64,000 nucleotides of DNA, taken from positions 4,991 through 68,990 of the forward strand of contig JAJYJH010000012.1 of NCBI GenBank assembly GCA_021789695.1, in the 5' to 3' direction. The notes beneath the pieces are model-generated. The model ran no database searches, was not told the origin of the DNA, and worked only from the letters and a program-made list of their open reading frames with translations. Made by a program: the position numbers and the translations under genes. This document shows positions 49,103 to 59,508 of the stretch, one piece after another; positions within the stretch are counted from its first letter, which is position 1, and each line of letters begins with the position of its first letter. The DNA comes from a bacterium (lineage in GTDB: Bacteria; Elusimicrobiota; Elusimicrobia; Elusimicrobiales; UBA9959).

Positions 49103-50298
49103 AAAAGCTGGCGATAGCGGCGCTTCTGTTCTCGGTCCTGTCCTCCTCCGTCCCTGTCAGGGCGCTTCCCGCCTACGAGCCTATTCCAGAGGACCTCAAG
49201 ATCCTCTCCAAGGAGGGCATGGACTCCATCTACGCGGTGGATATCCCGGCGGCGGAGAAATACTTCAACGAGGCCCTGCAAAAGTACCCGGACCACCCGA
49301 TTCCGCATTTCGGGATAGCCATGGCCAAATGGGCGCAGCTGGAATATCTGGAGGACGAGTCGGACCCGAAGCTGGAACAACAGTACGGCGAGCTGACCGA
49401 CGAGGCGATAAAGGTCGGAAACGCCTGGATAAAGAAGCATCCCGGCGACGCCACGGCCTACCTGGTGCTGGGCGGCATGTACGGGCTGCGCGCGCGCCTG
49501 GCCGTGCTGCAGCACCGCTGGATAACGGCCTATTTCACCGGCCGGAAGGCGCTGGCGGCCACGCGCAAGTCCCTTGAACTGGACCCGGAGATGTACGACG
49601 CCTACCTGGGGCTCGGCATGTACGAGTATTACGCCGGCACGCTGTCCGGCGTGGTCAAGATACTGGCCCACTTCCTGATGCGCGGTGACGCGAATAAGGG
49701 CCTGGAGATGCTGAACATCTGCAGGGAAAAGGGCTATTTCAACGCCCTGGCGGCCAAGCTGCTGTTGATAGAGATCTATACCACCACCGGCAGCCCGTAC
49801 GAGAACACGGCGCTGGCGGTCAAATGGTCCAGGGAGCTGCGCAAGGATTTCCCGGACCATCCGCAGATGCATTTCGTCGAGATAGTCTCGCTGTTCGAGA
49901 ATAAACAGTACGACGAATGCCGCAAGGACTGCCTGGAGTACTTCAATGACGTGGAGGATGGCAAGCCGAATTATCGCAGGCGCTACCTGCCGCGCATCCT
50001 GACCGCCATCGGCACCACCTACCTGGCGCAGAAGGATTACGACAAGGCCGTGGAATATTTCCAGAAGGCGGTCGACACGCTGAAGACGGACCCGGCTAAC
50101 CCCGCGCGCTGGGGGGTCTGGGCCATAGTCAGGCTGGGCAACGTAGCCGACCTGCGCGGGGACAGGGCTACTGCCGTAAAATATTACCGGGAGGCGATGT
50201 CCTACAAGGACGAATGGGGTTTCTCCGAGACGGTAAGGCATTACCTGAAGAGGCCGTTTACCGCGGCCATGTTGCCGGGGCAGATGCCTCCTCCCTGA
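49099..50298 (+). CDS. Secreted TPR protein
   Basis: Signal peptide, TPR-like helices ('YDAYLGLGMYEY', 'IGTTYLAQKDYDKAVEYFQKA'). Confidence 0.8.
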   Translation: MKKLAIAALLFSVLSSSVPVRALPAYEPIPEDLKILSKEGMDSIYAVDIPAAEKYFNEALQKYPDHPIPHFGIAMAKWAQLEYLEDESDPKLEQQYGELTDEAIKVGNAWIKKHPGDATAYLVLGGMYGLRARLAVLQHRWITAYFTGRKALAATRKSLELDPEMYDAYLGLGMYEYYAGTLSGVVKILAHFLMRGDANKGLEMLNICREKGYFNALAAKLLLIEIYTTTGSPYENTALAVKWSRELRKDFPDHPQMHFVEIVSLFENKQYDECRKDCLEYFNDVEDGKPNYRRRYLPRILTAIGTTYLAQKDYDKAVEYFQKAVDTLKTDPANPARWGVWAIVRLGNVADLRGDRATAVKYYREAMSYKDEWGFSETVRHYLKRPFTAAMLPGQMPPP

Positions 50299-50301
50299 CC
50301 T

Positions 50302-50730
50302 ATGTCCGCCTCCACGATCATTTTCCTGGCGCTGGCCATACTGGGCTGGGGCGTCGGCGCGCTGTTCGACAAGATCTCGCTGAACTACATGGGCCCGTCC
50401 GGCGCCTTCTATCTGCGCACGCTGGCCAACATGGTTCTTTTCGCGCCGCTGCTGATCTGGAAATATCCGGAGACCAGGAACGCGGTAATGACCGAGAACA
50501 AACTGGGCCCGGTGTTCGTGGTGTCCAGCGTGATCGTGTCGATGGCCGGCGTCTACTTCTACCTTAAGGCCCTTTCCGGGGGCGAGGCGAGCCGCATAGT
50601 GCCGCTCAGTTCCATCTATCCGCTGGTGACGTTCGTGCTGGCGCTGGTCTTTCTGGACGAGAGCTTTACCCTAAACAAGATGATCGGCGCGCTGCTGCTA
50701 ACCGCCGGTATATACTTCATCTCCAAGTAG
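50302..50730 (+). CDS. EamA/DMT family transporter (single domain)
   Basis: About 5 TMs. 'YLKALSGGEASRIVPL', 'FLDESFT'. Confidence 0.88.
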   Translation: MSASTIIFLALAILGWGVGALFDKISLNYMGPSGAFYLRTLANMVLFAPLLIWKYPETRNAVMTENKLGPVFVVSSVIVSMAGVYFYLKALSGGEASRIVPLSSIYPLVTFVLALVFLDESFTLNKMIGALLLTAGIYFISK

Positions 50731-50748
50731 CCGGCGCGGAACGGCGCT

Positions 50749-51105
50749 ATGACCGACGAAGAGTTCGAAAGGCTGGCGGAGAAGGTTGTCGGCGGCCTGC
50801 CGGAGGAGTTCCGCGCCAGGCTGGAGAACGTCGTGGTCGTGGTCAGGCCGGCCCCGACTGCGGAGCAGGCGCGGCGCTTCGGCGCCGGGCTGTTGGGGCT
50901 CTACGAGGGGGTGCCGCTGACCGAGCGCGGGTCGTTCTACAGCGGAGCCATGCCGGACAAGATAACGCTTTTCAGGGAGAACCTTACTGCCGGCGCCGTC
51001 TCGGAAGCCGCCGTTGAGGGGTGCATAAGGCATACGTTGCTGCATGAGATAGCCCACCACTTCGGCATGGACGACGACGAACTCCGAAAAAAAGGGCTTT
51101 ACTAG
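50749..51105 (+). CDS. Zincin-like metallopeptidase (Zincin_1/DUF1025)
   Basis: 'LLGLYEGVPL', 'PDKITLF', 'HEIAHHFG'. Confidence 0.9.
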   Translation: MTDEEFERLAEKVVGGLPEEFRARLENVVVVVRPAPTAEQARRFGAGLLGLYEGVPLTERGSFYSGAMPDKITLFRENLTAGAVSEAAVEGCIRHTLLHEIAHHFGMDDDELRKKGLY

Positions 51106-51195
51106 GGACGCTGCTTCCTATCTTCCTAACTTTACGAAAGGAACGCGAAGTTTTTGACGAGCCGGGTTTAGGAAGAATAGGAAGCAGCGTCCCTA
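51103..51195. mobile_element. 93-bp non-autonomous REPIN/MITE-like element
   Basis: Inverted ends TAGGGACGCTGCTTCCTATCTTCCTAAC / TAGGGACGCTGCTTCCTATTCTTCCTAAAC. The 16-bp core is identical to the repeats flanking the Y1 transposase. Confidence 0.85.
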
Positions 51196-52491
51196 ACTGA
51201 GTTTTGCCTTGCGCAGGTAGCCGGTGGCGCTCAGTATCCTGGCATTCACGAAATCCCCCGCCTTCAGTTTTCTGCCTGGGGCAGGTTCCACTTCCACCCT
51301 GCCGTCTATCTCCGGGGCATCTCTGTAGGTGCGCCCGAAGCGCGGCGAATCCATCAGCAGTTCCAGCGTACTGCCCCTGAGGCCGGCGTTGATCCGGTCC
51401 ACCACGGCGCTCTGCGCCCGTATGAGCGCGTCTGCGCGCTCCGCCTTTACCCCTCCAGGGACCTGGTCAGGGAGGTCGGCGGCCGCGGTTCCTGGCTCGC
51501 GCGAATAGCCGAAGACACCCACGTTGTCGAACCCGGCCTCTTTTACGAAGGCGAGCAGCCTTTTGAAGTCGGCGGCGGTCTCGCCCGGGAAACCGACTAT
51601 AAAATTGGTGCGCAGCGCGATGTCCGGCATGGCCCGGCGCAGCTCCGCTATCTTCGCTTTTATGGAGGCGGCGGTGGAGGAGCGGTTCATGCGCCTGAGA
51701 ACAGGATCGGATATATGCTGCAGCGGCATATCCAGGTAGCGGACGACGCTTTTGTTGGTCTTCATTACCCCTAGCAGCTCTTTGGTCACCCGCTCAGGGT
51801 AGACGTACATAAGCCGCCACCAGCGCACGCCTTGTATCTTTACCAACTCCTTCAGCAGCCCGGCCAGGCGCGGCTTTCCGTAGAGGTCCAGGCCGTAGGA
51901 GGTGGTGTCCTGCGCTATCAGCGAGATCTCCACGGCGCCGCTGGCGGCCAGGCGGGCGGCCTCTTCCAGGACCGACTCGAAGGGCTTGGAGCGGAACGGG
52001 CCACGTATGGACGGGATCAGGCAGTAGGCGCAGCGGTTGCCGCAACCGTCGGCTATCTTCAGGTAGGCGCTGTGGGGAGCGGTCAGCCTGGCTTTCACGC
52101 GCGGGGAGTCTATGCGGGTATCGGCGGCCAGGATATAGCTCCTGCCGGCCGCTATAGCCTCTGCGGCCCTGGAGAGCGCGTTGACTCCCACCAGCGCGTC
52201 TATGCCTGGGAACTTTTCGAGCAGGGCCTCCTTCTCGCGCTCCACCAGACAACCCGCCACCAGGACCTTAGAGAGCCTGCCGCGGGCCTTCAGGCGCAGC
52301 AGGCGGCGTATTTCGCCCTCTGATTCCCTGACCGCGGAGCCCAGGAAAGCGCAGGTGTTGAGCAGCGCGGCGTCGGCGCCCTCCTCGGAGGGGACCAGTT
52401 CCCAGCCCGCCGCGGCCAGTTCCCCGGCCATGACCTCGGAATCGGAGAGGTTCTTCGGGCAGCCCAGCGAAACTATGAACAGTTTAGGCAT
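51193..52491 (-). CDS. rimO: Ribosomal protein S12 methylthiotransferase
   Basis: 'SLGCPKNLSDSE', 'NTCAF', 'YLKIADGCGNRCAYCLIPSIRG', 'DAPEIDG'. Confidence 0.96.
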   Translation of the reverse strand: MPKLFIVSLGCPKNLSDSEVMAGELAAAGWELVPSEEGADAALLNTCAFLGSAVRESEGEIRRLLRLKARGRLSKVLVAGCLVEREKEALLEKFPGIDALVGVNALSRAAEAIAAGRSYILAADTRIDSPRVKARLTAPHSAYLKIADGCGNRCAYCLIPSIRGPFRSKPFESVLEEAARLAASGAVEISLIAQDTTSYGLDLYGKPRLAGLLKELVKIQGVRWWRLMYVYPERVTKELLGVMKTNKSVVRYLDMPLQHISDPVLRRMNRSSTAASIKAKIAELRRAMPDIALRTNFIVGFPGETAADFKRLLAFVKEAGFDNVGVFGYSREPGTAAADLPDQVPGGVKAERADALIRAQSAVVDRINAGLRGSTLELLMDSPRFGRTYRDAPEIDGRVEVEPAPGRKLKAGDFVNARILSATGYLRKAKLS

Positions 52492-52495
52492 GGCG

Positions 52496-53266
52496 TCAAT
52501 GCTCCTCCAGGCGGTTTATGGGTATGAACGCGATCCAGCCCAGCAGCAGCATCGCGAACAGGAAGACCGGATAGGCCACCTCCGGGCCGTGGATGCCGGT
52601 TGTCGCGTACAACTCGGACATTCCTCCCATCCCGGAGAAAAGGCGCGGGACGGCCGCGGCTATGACGACGACACTGAGGCTCTTCATCAGGATGTCGGGG
52701 TTGTTGCTGATGACGGAGGACCGCGCGCCCACGAGCGACGCGAAGACGTTGGAGTAGATGGAGGCCTGCCTGTAGCATTGCTGGTTCTTTATCGTGATAT
52801 CGTCCATGAACTCGATGCTGCGCTGCAAAAAACCGGCCTTCCCGGCCGCGTGCCTGAGGCGCTCTATCACGCCCGTGTCGGCGGTAACCGCGTCGACGTA
52901 GTAGGCTAGACTCTTTTCCGGCGCGAACATGTTGATCAGGTGCTTGTTCTCCAGCGAGTAGGTGATCTTGGTCTCCAGCTCTTCGGAAATCATGCCGATG
53001 ACCTTCAGGTGTCCCATAAAATGGAAGATGGAATTGTAAATCAACTTCAGGAACACCTCGCGTATGCCCGAGACCTGCTTGAAGTACTTGTCCGAGCGCA
53101 TACTGACGTCCTCAGGCAGTGCCAGCACCAGCCTGTCCCTGAACAGGAACAGGCCCATAGACGTGACCTTGAACAGAAATTTGAAGATCAGCGCGAGGCG
53201 GCCCGGCTCCGTCTCAAGGCGCGCCGGCTCCAGCCGGCGGTCCCTGATGCGGTATTCCGTGATCAT
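52496..53266 (-). CDS. CorA-family Mg2+ transporter, shortened and diverged (possibly decaying)
   Basis: 'EKSLAYY', 'DDITIKNQQCYRQASIYSN', 'SVISNN...MKSL', 'GGMSE' and two C-terminal TMs. The N-terminal domain is short. Confidence 0.7.
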   Translation of the reverse strand: MITEYRIRDRRLEPARLETEPGRLALIFKFLFKVTSMGLFLFRDRLVLALPEDVSMRSDKYFKQVSGIREVFLKLIYNSIFHFMGHLKVIGMISEELETKITYSLENKHLINMFAPEKSLAYYVDAVTADTGVIERLRHAAGKAGFLQRSIEFMDDITIKNQQCYRQASIYSNVFASLVGARSSVISNNPDILMKSLSVVVIAAAVPRLFSGMGGMSELYATTGIHGPEVAYPVFLFAMLLLGWIAFIPINRLEEH

Positions 53267-53318
53267 CAAAAGGGCCCGCCGGCGCTGATTCTCCGGCGGA
53301 CTCGTTCCTTTCCCCCGT

Positions 53319-54227
53319 CTATCTGCCACCCGCTCTCGCCTTCGGTTTGAGCTTCGCGGCCACGGCCTCGCCTATCTGGGAGAGATTGTCCACCACGGTG
53401 GCGCCGGCCTTCCGGAGCGCCTCCACTTTGGAGGCGTGCGTGCCGGCTCCTCCCTCGACGATGGCGCCGGCGTGGCCCATCCGGCGTCCCGGAGGCGCGG
53501 TTTTGCCGGCGACGAAGCAGAAGACCGGTTTGGTCATTTCGCCTTTGATGTAACTGGCCGCGTCCTCTTCCGCGGAACCTCCGATTTCTCCGATCATGAT
53601 GACGGCCTCGGTCTGCCTGTCGGCCTCGAAGAGCTTCAACACGTCCACGAAGTTCATGCCCTGCACCGGGTCGCCGCCTATGCCGACGACGGTGCTCTGG
53701 CCGAGGTTCTGGGAGGTAACCTGCCAGACGGCCTCGTAGGTCAGCGTGCCGGAGCGCGAGACTATGCCTACGGAGCCCTTCTTGTGGATGTAGCCGGGCA
53801 TGATGCCGGCCTTGCACTCGCCGGGTGTTATCACTCCGGGGCAGTTGGGGCCTACGAGCGTGACGTCTCGGCCGGCGGCGCGCTGGGCATTCAGACGCTT
53901 CTTGACGCGCACCATATCCATCACCGGGATGCCCTCGGTAATGCAGATGATAACGGAGACGCCGGCGTCGGCGGCCTCGAGTATCGAGTCGGCGGCGTAC
54001 GGCGGGGGAACGAAAATCAGTGACGCGTTGGCGCCTGTGGCTTTGACGGCGTCGCGGGCGGTGTTGAAGACCGGCTTGCCGAGGTGCTCTGCGCCGCCTT
54101 TGCCTGGCGTGACGCCCCCGACTATATCGGAGCCGTACTCGAGGCACTGTTGGGCGTGAAAGGAGCCCTGAGCACCGGTGAAACCGTGTACTATCAGTTT
54201 GGTCTTTTTGTTCAAAAGTATGGACAT
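53319..54227 (-). CDS. sucD: Succinate--CoA ligase alpha subunit
   Basis: 'GGVTPGKGG', 'GPNCPG', 'SRSGTLTYE', 'RMGHAGA'. Confidence 0.98.
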   Translation of the reverse strand: MSILLNKKTKLIVHGFTGAQGSFHAQQCLEYGSDIVGGVTPGKGGAEHLGKPVFNTARDAVKATGANASLIFVPPPYAADSILEAADAGVSVIICITEGIPVMDMVRVKKRLNAQRAAGRDVTLVGPNCPGVITPGECKAGIMPGYIHKKGSVGIVSRSGTLTYEAVWQVTSQNLGQSTVVGIGGDPVQGMNFVDVLKLFEADRQTEAVIMIGEIGGSAEEDAASYIKGEMTKPVFCFVAGKTAPPGRRMGHAGAIVEGGAGTHASKVEALRKAGATVVDNLSQIGEAVAAKLKPKARAGGR

Positions 54228-54231
54228 GTCG

Positions 54232-55392
<1,161 letters not shown>

Positions 55393-55553
55393 CGGTCCTC
55401 CAGGTCTGCCGCGGCGCCAAAGCCCGCCCTTCGTCCGGCGTCGGGCGCGGGTTTGAACCCCGGTAAGTTAATTTGTAGTATAATTCATGACGCAAAGTCC
55501 AGCCCCGAGGGGCCTGGATTTTCCCGCTTTTAAGGCCAGAGAGGTTCCTGAAA

Positions 55554-57407
55554 ATGACCAAACCAAAGAGCAGAAACGTGAACGTCAGCGAGCTGAGCTC
55601 GGTCACAGTGCGCTTCGCCGGAGATTCGGGCGACGGCATACAGCTGGTGGGCAGCCGGTTCGCCAACGCCACGGCCGTGGCCGGCAACGAACTCAGCACC
55701 CTGCCGGACTACCCGGCCGAGATCCGCGCCCCCGCCGGGTCGCTGGCCGGCGTCAGCGGCTTCCAGATAAGCTTCGGCGACGAGTCAGTGCTTACCCCCG
55801 GTAACAAACCGGACGTGCTGGTGGTAATGAACCCGGCGGCCCTGGCAGTCAACCTTAAGAGCCTTGAGAAGGGGTCCATCATAGTAGCCAATTCCGACGC
55901 CTTCGTGCCGGCCGCGCTGGAGAAGGCGGGCTACACCGCCAACCCGCTCGAGGACGGGACGCTGGACAACTACCGCGTGATAGCCGTCCCGGCCAATACG
56001 ATGACGGAAAACACGCTTAAGGACTCCGGTCTGCCCAAGCCGCAGGTCCTTAAGTGCAAGAACTTCTATATGCTCGGCATCCTGTACTGGATGTACGGCC
56101 TGCCGCTGGAGTCCACCAAGGAGTGGATAGAGAACAAGTTCAAGAAGGCGCCGGAGATCGCGGCCGCCAATTCCAAGGTGCTGGAAGCCGGCTACGACTA
56201 CGCCGAGACCACCGAACTCTTTGACGCCCGCTTCCAGGCGAAAAAGAGCGCGGTGACTCCGGGTAAGTACCGCAACCTGACCGGCAACGAGGCCGCCGCA
56301 TACGCGCTGATTACCGCGGCAAAACTGCTAAAGAAGAAGCTCTATTATGGCTCCTACCCGATAACGCCGGCCTCGGAGATCCTGCATACGCTGGCCAAGC
56401 ACCGCGCCAACGACGTGGTGATCTTCCAGGCCGAGGACGAGATAGCCGCGATCTGCTCCACGATAGGAGCCGCTTTCTCCGGCGAGCTGGCCGCTACCGG
56501 TACCAGCGGCCCCGGTCTGTCGCTGAAGGCGGAGGCCTTGGGGCTGGGCGTCATAGCCGAGCTGCCTATGGTGATAGTGGACGTGCAGCGCGGTGGCCCC
56601 TCCACCGGCCTGCCCACGAAGACCGAGCAGTCGGACCTGCTGCAGGCCGTTTACGGCCGCCACGGCGAGAGCCCGCTGGTCGTGCTGGCCGCCTCCAGCC
56701 CGGCCGACTGCTTTCACACGACGCTCGAGGCCGCGCGCATAGCCGTCAAGTATATGACGCCGGTCGTAGTGCTGACCAACTCCTACCTTTCCAACGGCTC
56801 CGAGCCGTTCCGCATCCCGAAGCTCTCCGAGCTGCCGAAGTTCGAGCTGCCGCCGCGCCCTGGGCCGGGGGACTACAAGCCGTTCATGCGCGACCCCGAG
56901 ACGCTGGCCAGGCCCTGGGCGTGGCCGGGGCTAAAAGGCTACGAGCACCGCATAGGCGGCCTGGAGAAGCAGGACGTTACCGGCGCCATCAGCTACGACG
57001 CCGAGAACCACGAGAGGATGACCCAGCTGCGCGCCGAGAAGGTGCGCCGCGTGGTCAAGGAAATACCGCAGACCAGGATATACGGCCAGCCCGAGGGCGA
57101 GCTGCTGGTCGTGGGCTGGGGCTCGACCTATGGCGCTATAACCTCCGCCGTGACCAAGGCCAGACGCGAGGGCATCAGCGTGTCCTCGGTCCACATCCGC
57201 AACATCTTCCCGCTGCCGCCGGACCTGGGCGCTACGATGCGCCGTTTCCGGAAGGTGCTGGTGCCGGAGGAGAACACCGGTCAGCTGCGTATGCTCTTGC
57301 GCTCGGAGTATATGGTGGAGCCGCTGGGCCTCAACAAAATGCAGGGCCAGCCGTTGAACTCCGACGAGGTGCTGGAGAAAATAAAAGAGGTCCTTAGAGG
57401 TAACTGA
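55554..57407 (+). CDS. korA: 2-oxoacid:ferredoxin oxidoreductase alpha subunit
   Basis: 'RFAGDSGDG', 'YPITPASE', 'QAEDEIAA', 'TSGPG', 'QRGGPSTGLPT'. Confidence 0.93.
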   Translation: MTKPKSRNVNVSELSSVTVRFAGDSGDGIQLVGSRFANATAVAGNELSTLPDYPAEIRAPAGSLAGVSGFQISFGDESVLTPGNKPDVLVVMNPAALAVNLKSLEKGSIIVANSDAFVPAALEKAGYTANPLEDGTLDNYRVIAVPANTMTENTLKDSGLPKPQVLKCKNFYMLGILYWMYGLPLESTKEWIENKFKKAPEIAAANSKVLEAGYDYAETTELFDARFQAKKSAVTPGKYRNLTGNEAAAYALITAAKLLKKKLYYGSYPITPASEILHTLAKHRANDVVIFQAEDEIAAICSTIGAAFSGELAATGTSGPGLSLKAEALGLGVIAELPMVIVDVQRGGPSTGLPTKTEQSDLLQAVYGRHGESPLVVLAASSPADCFHTTLEAARIAVKYMTPVVVLTNSYLSNGSEPFRIPKLSELPKFELPPRPGPGDYKPFMRDPETLARPWAWPGLKGYEHRIGGLEKQDVTGAISYDAENHERMTQLRAEKVRRVVKEIPQTRIYGQPEGELLVVGWGSTYGAITSAVTKARREGISVSSVHIRNIFPLPPDLGATMRRFRKVLVPEENTGQLRMLLRSEYMVEPLGLNKMQGQPLNSDEVLEKIKEVLRGN

Positions 57408-57408
57408 C

Positions 57409-58407
57409 ATGGAAAACACCAAGCTTACGGCCAAGGATTTCTCCTCCAATCTCCCGGTTAAGTGGTGCCCGGGCTGCGGCAATTTCGCCATCCTTAACAT
57501 GATGCAGAAGGTGATGGCGGGTATGAACCTGCCCCACGAGAAGTACACGGTAATCTCGGGCATCGGCTGCTCCAGCCGCTTCCCGTACTACGTCAGCACG
57601 TACGGTTTCCACTCCATACACGGCCGCGCGGCCGCCGTGGCCACGGGCGTGAAGTTGTCCAACCCCGAGCTCGCGGTCTGGGTCATCACCGGCGACGGAG
57701 ACGGCCTCAGCATCGGCGGCAACCACATGCTGCACGCGATACGCCGCAACATCGGTCTGAAGATAGTACTGTTCAACAACCGCATCTACGCGCTGACAAA
57801 GGGCCAGGCCTCGCCGACCACCCAGCCGGGCACCAAGACTAAGACTACCCCGCTGGGTTCGATAGATTATCCCTTCAACCCGGCCAGCTTCGCTGTAGGT
57901 CTGGGCTGCACGTTCGTCGCGCGCGGCCTGGATAATGACATGGCCGGCACCACCGCGATACTGGAGCGGGCGGCGAAGCACGAGGGCACGGCCTTCGTGG
58001 AGATACTGCAGAAGTGCGTGCCCTTCTCGGACAAGGAGTTCGAGCCGCTGAAGGACCCGGCCCTGCGCGAGGACATGTTACTGCGCGTGGAGCACGGTAA
58101 GCCGCTGCTCTTCGGCAAGGACAAGAACAAGGGCATCGTGATAAAAGACATGAAGCCGGAGGTCGTGACCTTCTCGGGTAAGGTGCCTCCTGAGGTGGCG
58201 GTTTACGACGAGGCTAATCCCGGGCTGGCCTGCCTGGTAAGCGGCCTGACGCAGCCGGAGTTCCCGGTGCCACTAGGTGTGTTGCGCGCCGTACGCAAGC
58301 CCTCCTACGAGGAACTCTACTATGACCACGTTAAGGCTGTCGGAGACACGAGGGAGCACGAACTCGAAACCCTCCTCACCGGCCCCGATGCCTGGGAAAT
58401 GAAGTAG
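57409..58407 (+). CDS. korB: 2-oxoacid:ferredoxin oxidoreductase beta subunit
   Basis: 'WCPGCG', 'SGIGCSSR', TPP motif 'GDGD...IGGNH', 'NNRIYALTKGQ'. Confidence 0.93.
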   Translation: MENTKLTAKDFSSNLPVKWCPGCGNFAILNMMQKVMAGMNLPHEKYTVISGIGCSSRFPYYVSTYGFHSIHGRAAAVATGVKLSNPELAVWVITGDGDGLSIGGNHMLHAIRRNIGLKIVLFNNRIYALTKGQASPTTQPGTKTKTTPLGSIDYPFNPASFAVGLGCTFVARGLDNDMAGTTAILERAAKHEGTAFVEILQKCVPFSDKEFEPLKDPALREDMLLRVEHGKPLLFGKDKNKGIVIKDMKPEVVTFSGKVPPEVAVYDEANPGLACLVSGLTQPEFPVPLGVLRAVRKPSYEELYYDHVKAVGDTREHELETLLTGPDAWEMK

Positions 58408-59502
58408 GGACGCTGCTTCCCAACTTCCAAACTTGGAGTTGCGGCGTTGTTCCCCCCAGCCATTTATAGTGAACGCGGCACCCCGACAGGCAGTTGTCGG
58501 GGTGCTCTGCTATGATACTCCCGGAGAAAAAGGGGGGGGATATGCCAAGACACGCCAGGATAGATATGCCCGGTCAGATATACCACGCAATGGCGCGCGG
58601 CATCGAGCGGCGCGACATTTTTGTCGGAGAGAATGACTGTTCCGATCTGCGGGGGAGGGTTTCTGTATGGCTCAAAAACGCCGGAGCCAAATTCCTTGCA
58701 TGGCGTTCTATGCCGAACCATTTTCACCTGCTGGTGCTGCGGGGCGAGCGGCCGCTGTCTGAGATCATGCGCCACATCATGACTGGCTACGCGGTGCGCT
58801 TTAATTTGAAGTGCAAGCGCGCCGGGCATCTGTTCCGGAACAGGTATAAGGCCGTAATCTGTGGCGCGGAAAGCTGTCTGATGGAGGCTGTGTCCTGCGT
58901 CCATCTTAATCCCCTGCGCGGCGGGCAGGTGGCGACCCCGGAAGAACTTAATGGCTACGGGTGGTGCGGTCACGGCGCGGCGCTCACGGGGGCGTGGGAC
59001 GGTATTCTGGACAGGGATGAACTTCTTCTTATTTCGACGGAGAGGGGGGCGGCGGAGGGGTACTTGCAGGCTATCCGTGAAAAGGCCGGGGCAGGCGGCC
59101 GCGCTGAGCCCGCCGGGGCTGTGCTATCCTCCGGCCCTGTTGGCCTCTCACGGCAAAAGAACTCCGGGGATGGCGGGTGGAAACCACTGGACCGGCGGAT
59201 ACTCGGCGGGCGCGACTTCGTGGAATTGGAAAGCCGCGGGAGAAGATACTCCGGCGCTGAGAAGCCGCGCGGAAGTGGAAAGTGTTACTGGGGTGTCCAG
59301 GATGGAAATGCTTGGTTATAACCGCAAAAAAGGTCCGGCACAGGCGCGCGCTGTGTACTGCTATATCAGCGTCAGGGATGCCGGCGCCAGAGGCCGTGAA
59401 CTGATGCGGGAGCTGGGAATGACTTCCGGCGCCGTATCTAAGCTGGTGGCTGAAGGAAAAGCGCTGCTGAAAAAGTTTGGAAGTTAGGAAGCAGCGTCCC
59501 TA
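58405..59502. mobile_element. Inverted-repeat-bounded Y1/RAYT transposase element
   Basis: Left repeat 58405-58434 TAGGGACGCTGCTTCCCAACTTCCAAACTT. Right repeat 59473-59502 (reverse complement) TAGGGACGCTGCTTCCTAACTTCCAAACTT. 29/30 identical. Confidence 0.85.
58542..59487 (+). pseudogene. REP-associated-type HUH tyrosine transposase (Y1_Tnp) with C-terminal HTH; frameshifted, catalytic Tyr apparently lost
   Basis: 'MPRHAR...YHAMARG...IF', HUH 'MPNHFHLL', 'GHLFRNRYKA', 'SCVHLNP' (family YIHxNP), 'RILG..DFVE'. The HTH 'ARAVYCY...LGMTSGAVSK' continues in another frame after about 59228. Confidence 0.85.
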
Positions 59503-59508
59503 TTTACC

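Noticed and set aside
51103-51195. Repeat-spacer-repeat as a mini CRISPR array
   Set aside because: The repeats are inverted, there are only two, and no cas genes are present.
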